A stretch of 64,000 bases of DNA. Source: Malacoraja senta (taxonomy: Eukaryota). The notes beneath the pieces were generated by a model that worked only from the letters and a program-made list of their open reading frames with translations, did not search any database and was not told where the DNA came from. Both the position numbers and the translations under genes were made by a program. The DNA is taken from contig CM075997.1 of assembly GCA_038087875.1 (NCBI GenBank), positions 62,001 to 126,000 on the forward strand. The letters are read 5' to 3'. Below, one piece after another: positions 63,474 through 64,000 of the stretch (within the stretch, counting starts at the first letter, position 1; each line of letters starts with the position of its first letter).

Positions 63474-64000
63474 GCATTGCCGACACATTAATGCTTAAGA
63501 TGAGTGGATCAGAATTGGTTTGATGTTCATTTATATTTATGATGCCGGACTGCCGACATTTTTGTTTTATTTGCGGCTTTACGGAAGTTGTAAAATGTCT
63601 TTAAAAGAGTTTTATTTTTCTTGAGGAACGTTGTATATTAAAGTACGTTTTTATCTTTGTGAATTCTGCTTACTTTTTACTCTGATGGGTTCAGAAATCC
63701 CTGAGTGTGGCAGATGTGTAATTGTGATGATGTTACCCAAAATGCAGTAAACCCTTGCTTTAATGGACCTCTTTATAAAGGATTTTAGTTACAGTGAACC
63801 ATGCCCCACACATCTCCTTTAAACTTTGACCCTCTCACCTTAAAGCTCCGCCCGGTCATCTTTGACATTTCCACTCTGGGAAAGATATGATTTCAGCTTC
63901 CTTGTCGAGAGTTTAGAGATACAGCGCGGAAACAGGCCCTTCGGCCCACCGGGTCCCCACCGACCAGAGATCCCCGCACACTAACACTATTCTACACCCA

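Overview
Repeat-rich vertebrate genomic DNA, most likely a cartilaginous fish (skate/ray-like, inferred from HE1-type V-SINEs with CR1-like tails; the species cannot be determined from sequence alone). There are four protein-coding genes. (1) An intronless, divergent FoxG1 paralog (-, 11840-12844). (2) A 7-exon QPCTL/isoQC gene (-, 20005-28592) whose exon 1 carries an apparent 1-bp frameshift. (3) FBXO46 (-, single coding exon 36759-38669), with a probable non-coding exon 1 and a ZNF143/ETS/CRE promoter near 57.9 kb. (4) Intronless nanos2 (+, 62353-62826). QPCTL, FBXO46 and NANOS2 are also neighbours at human 19q13.32, where no FoxG gene survives. The rest is retroelement debris (V-SINE, CR1, Rex1/Babar, Tx1/L1, Penelope-like), foldback elements and micro/minisatellites. 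Most striking non-coding signals: the commonest short repeat is the terminal repeat of a Penelope-like element and carries a minimal hammerhead ribozyme motif (CTGAAGA-A-GGGT[loop]RCCC-GAAACGTH), dispersed, head-to-head and in tandem arrays; the nanos2 3' region begins with eight ~65-bp repeats with recurring hairpin potential; and there are two long foldback inverted repeats.
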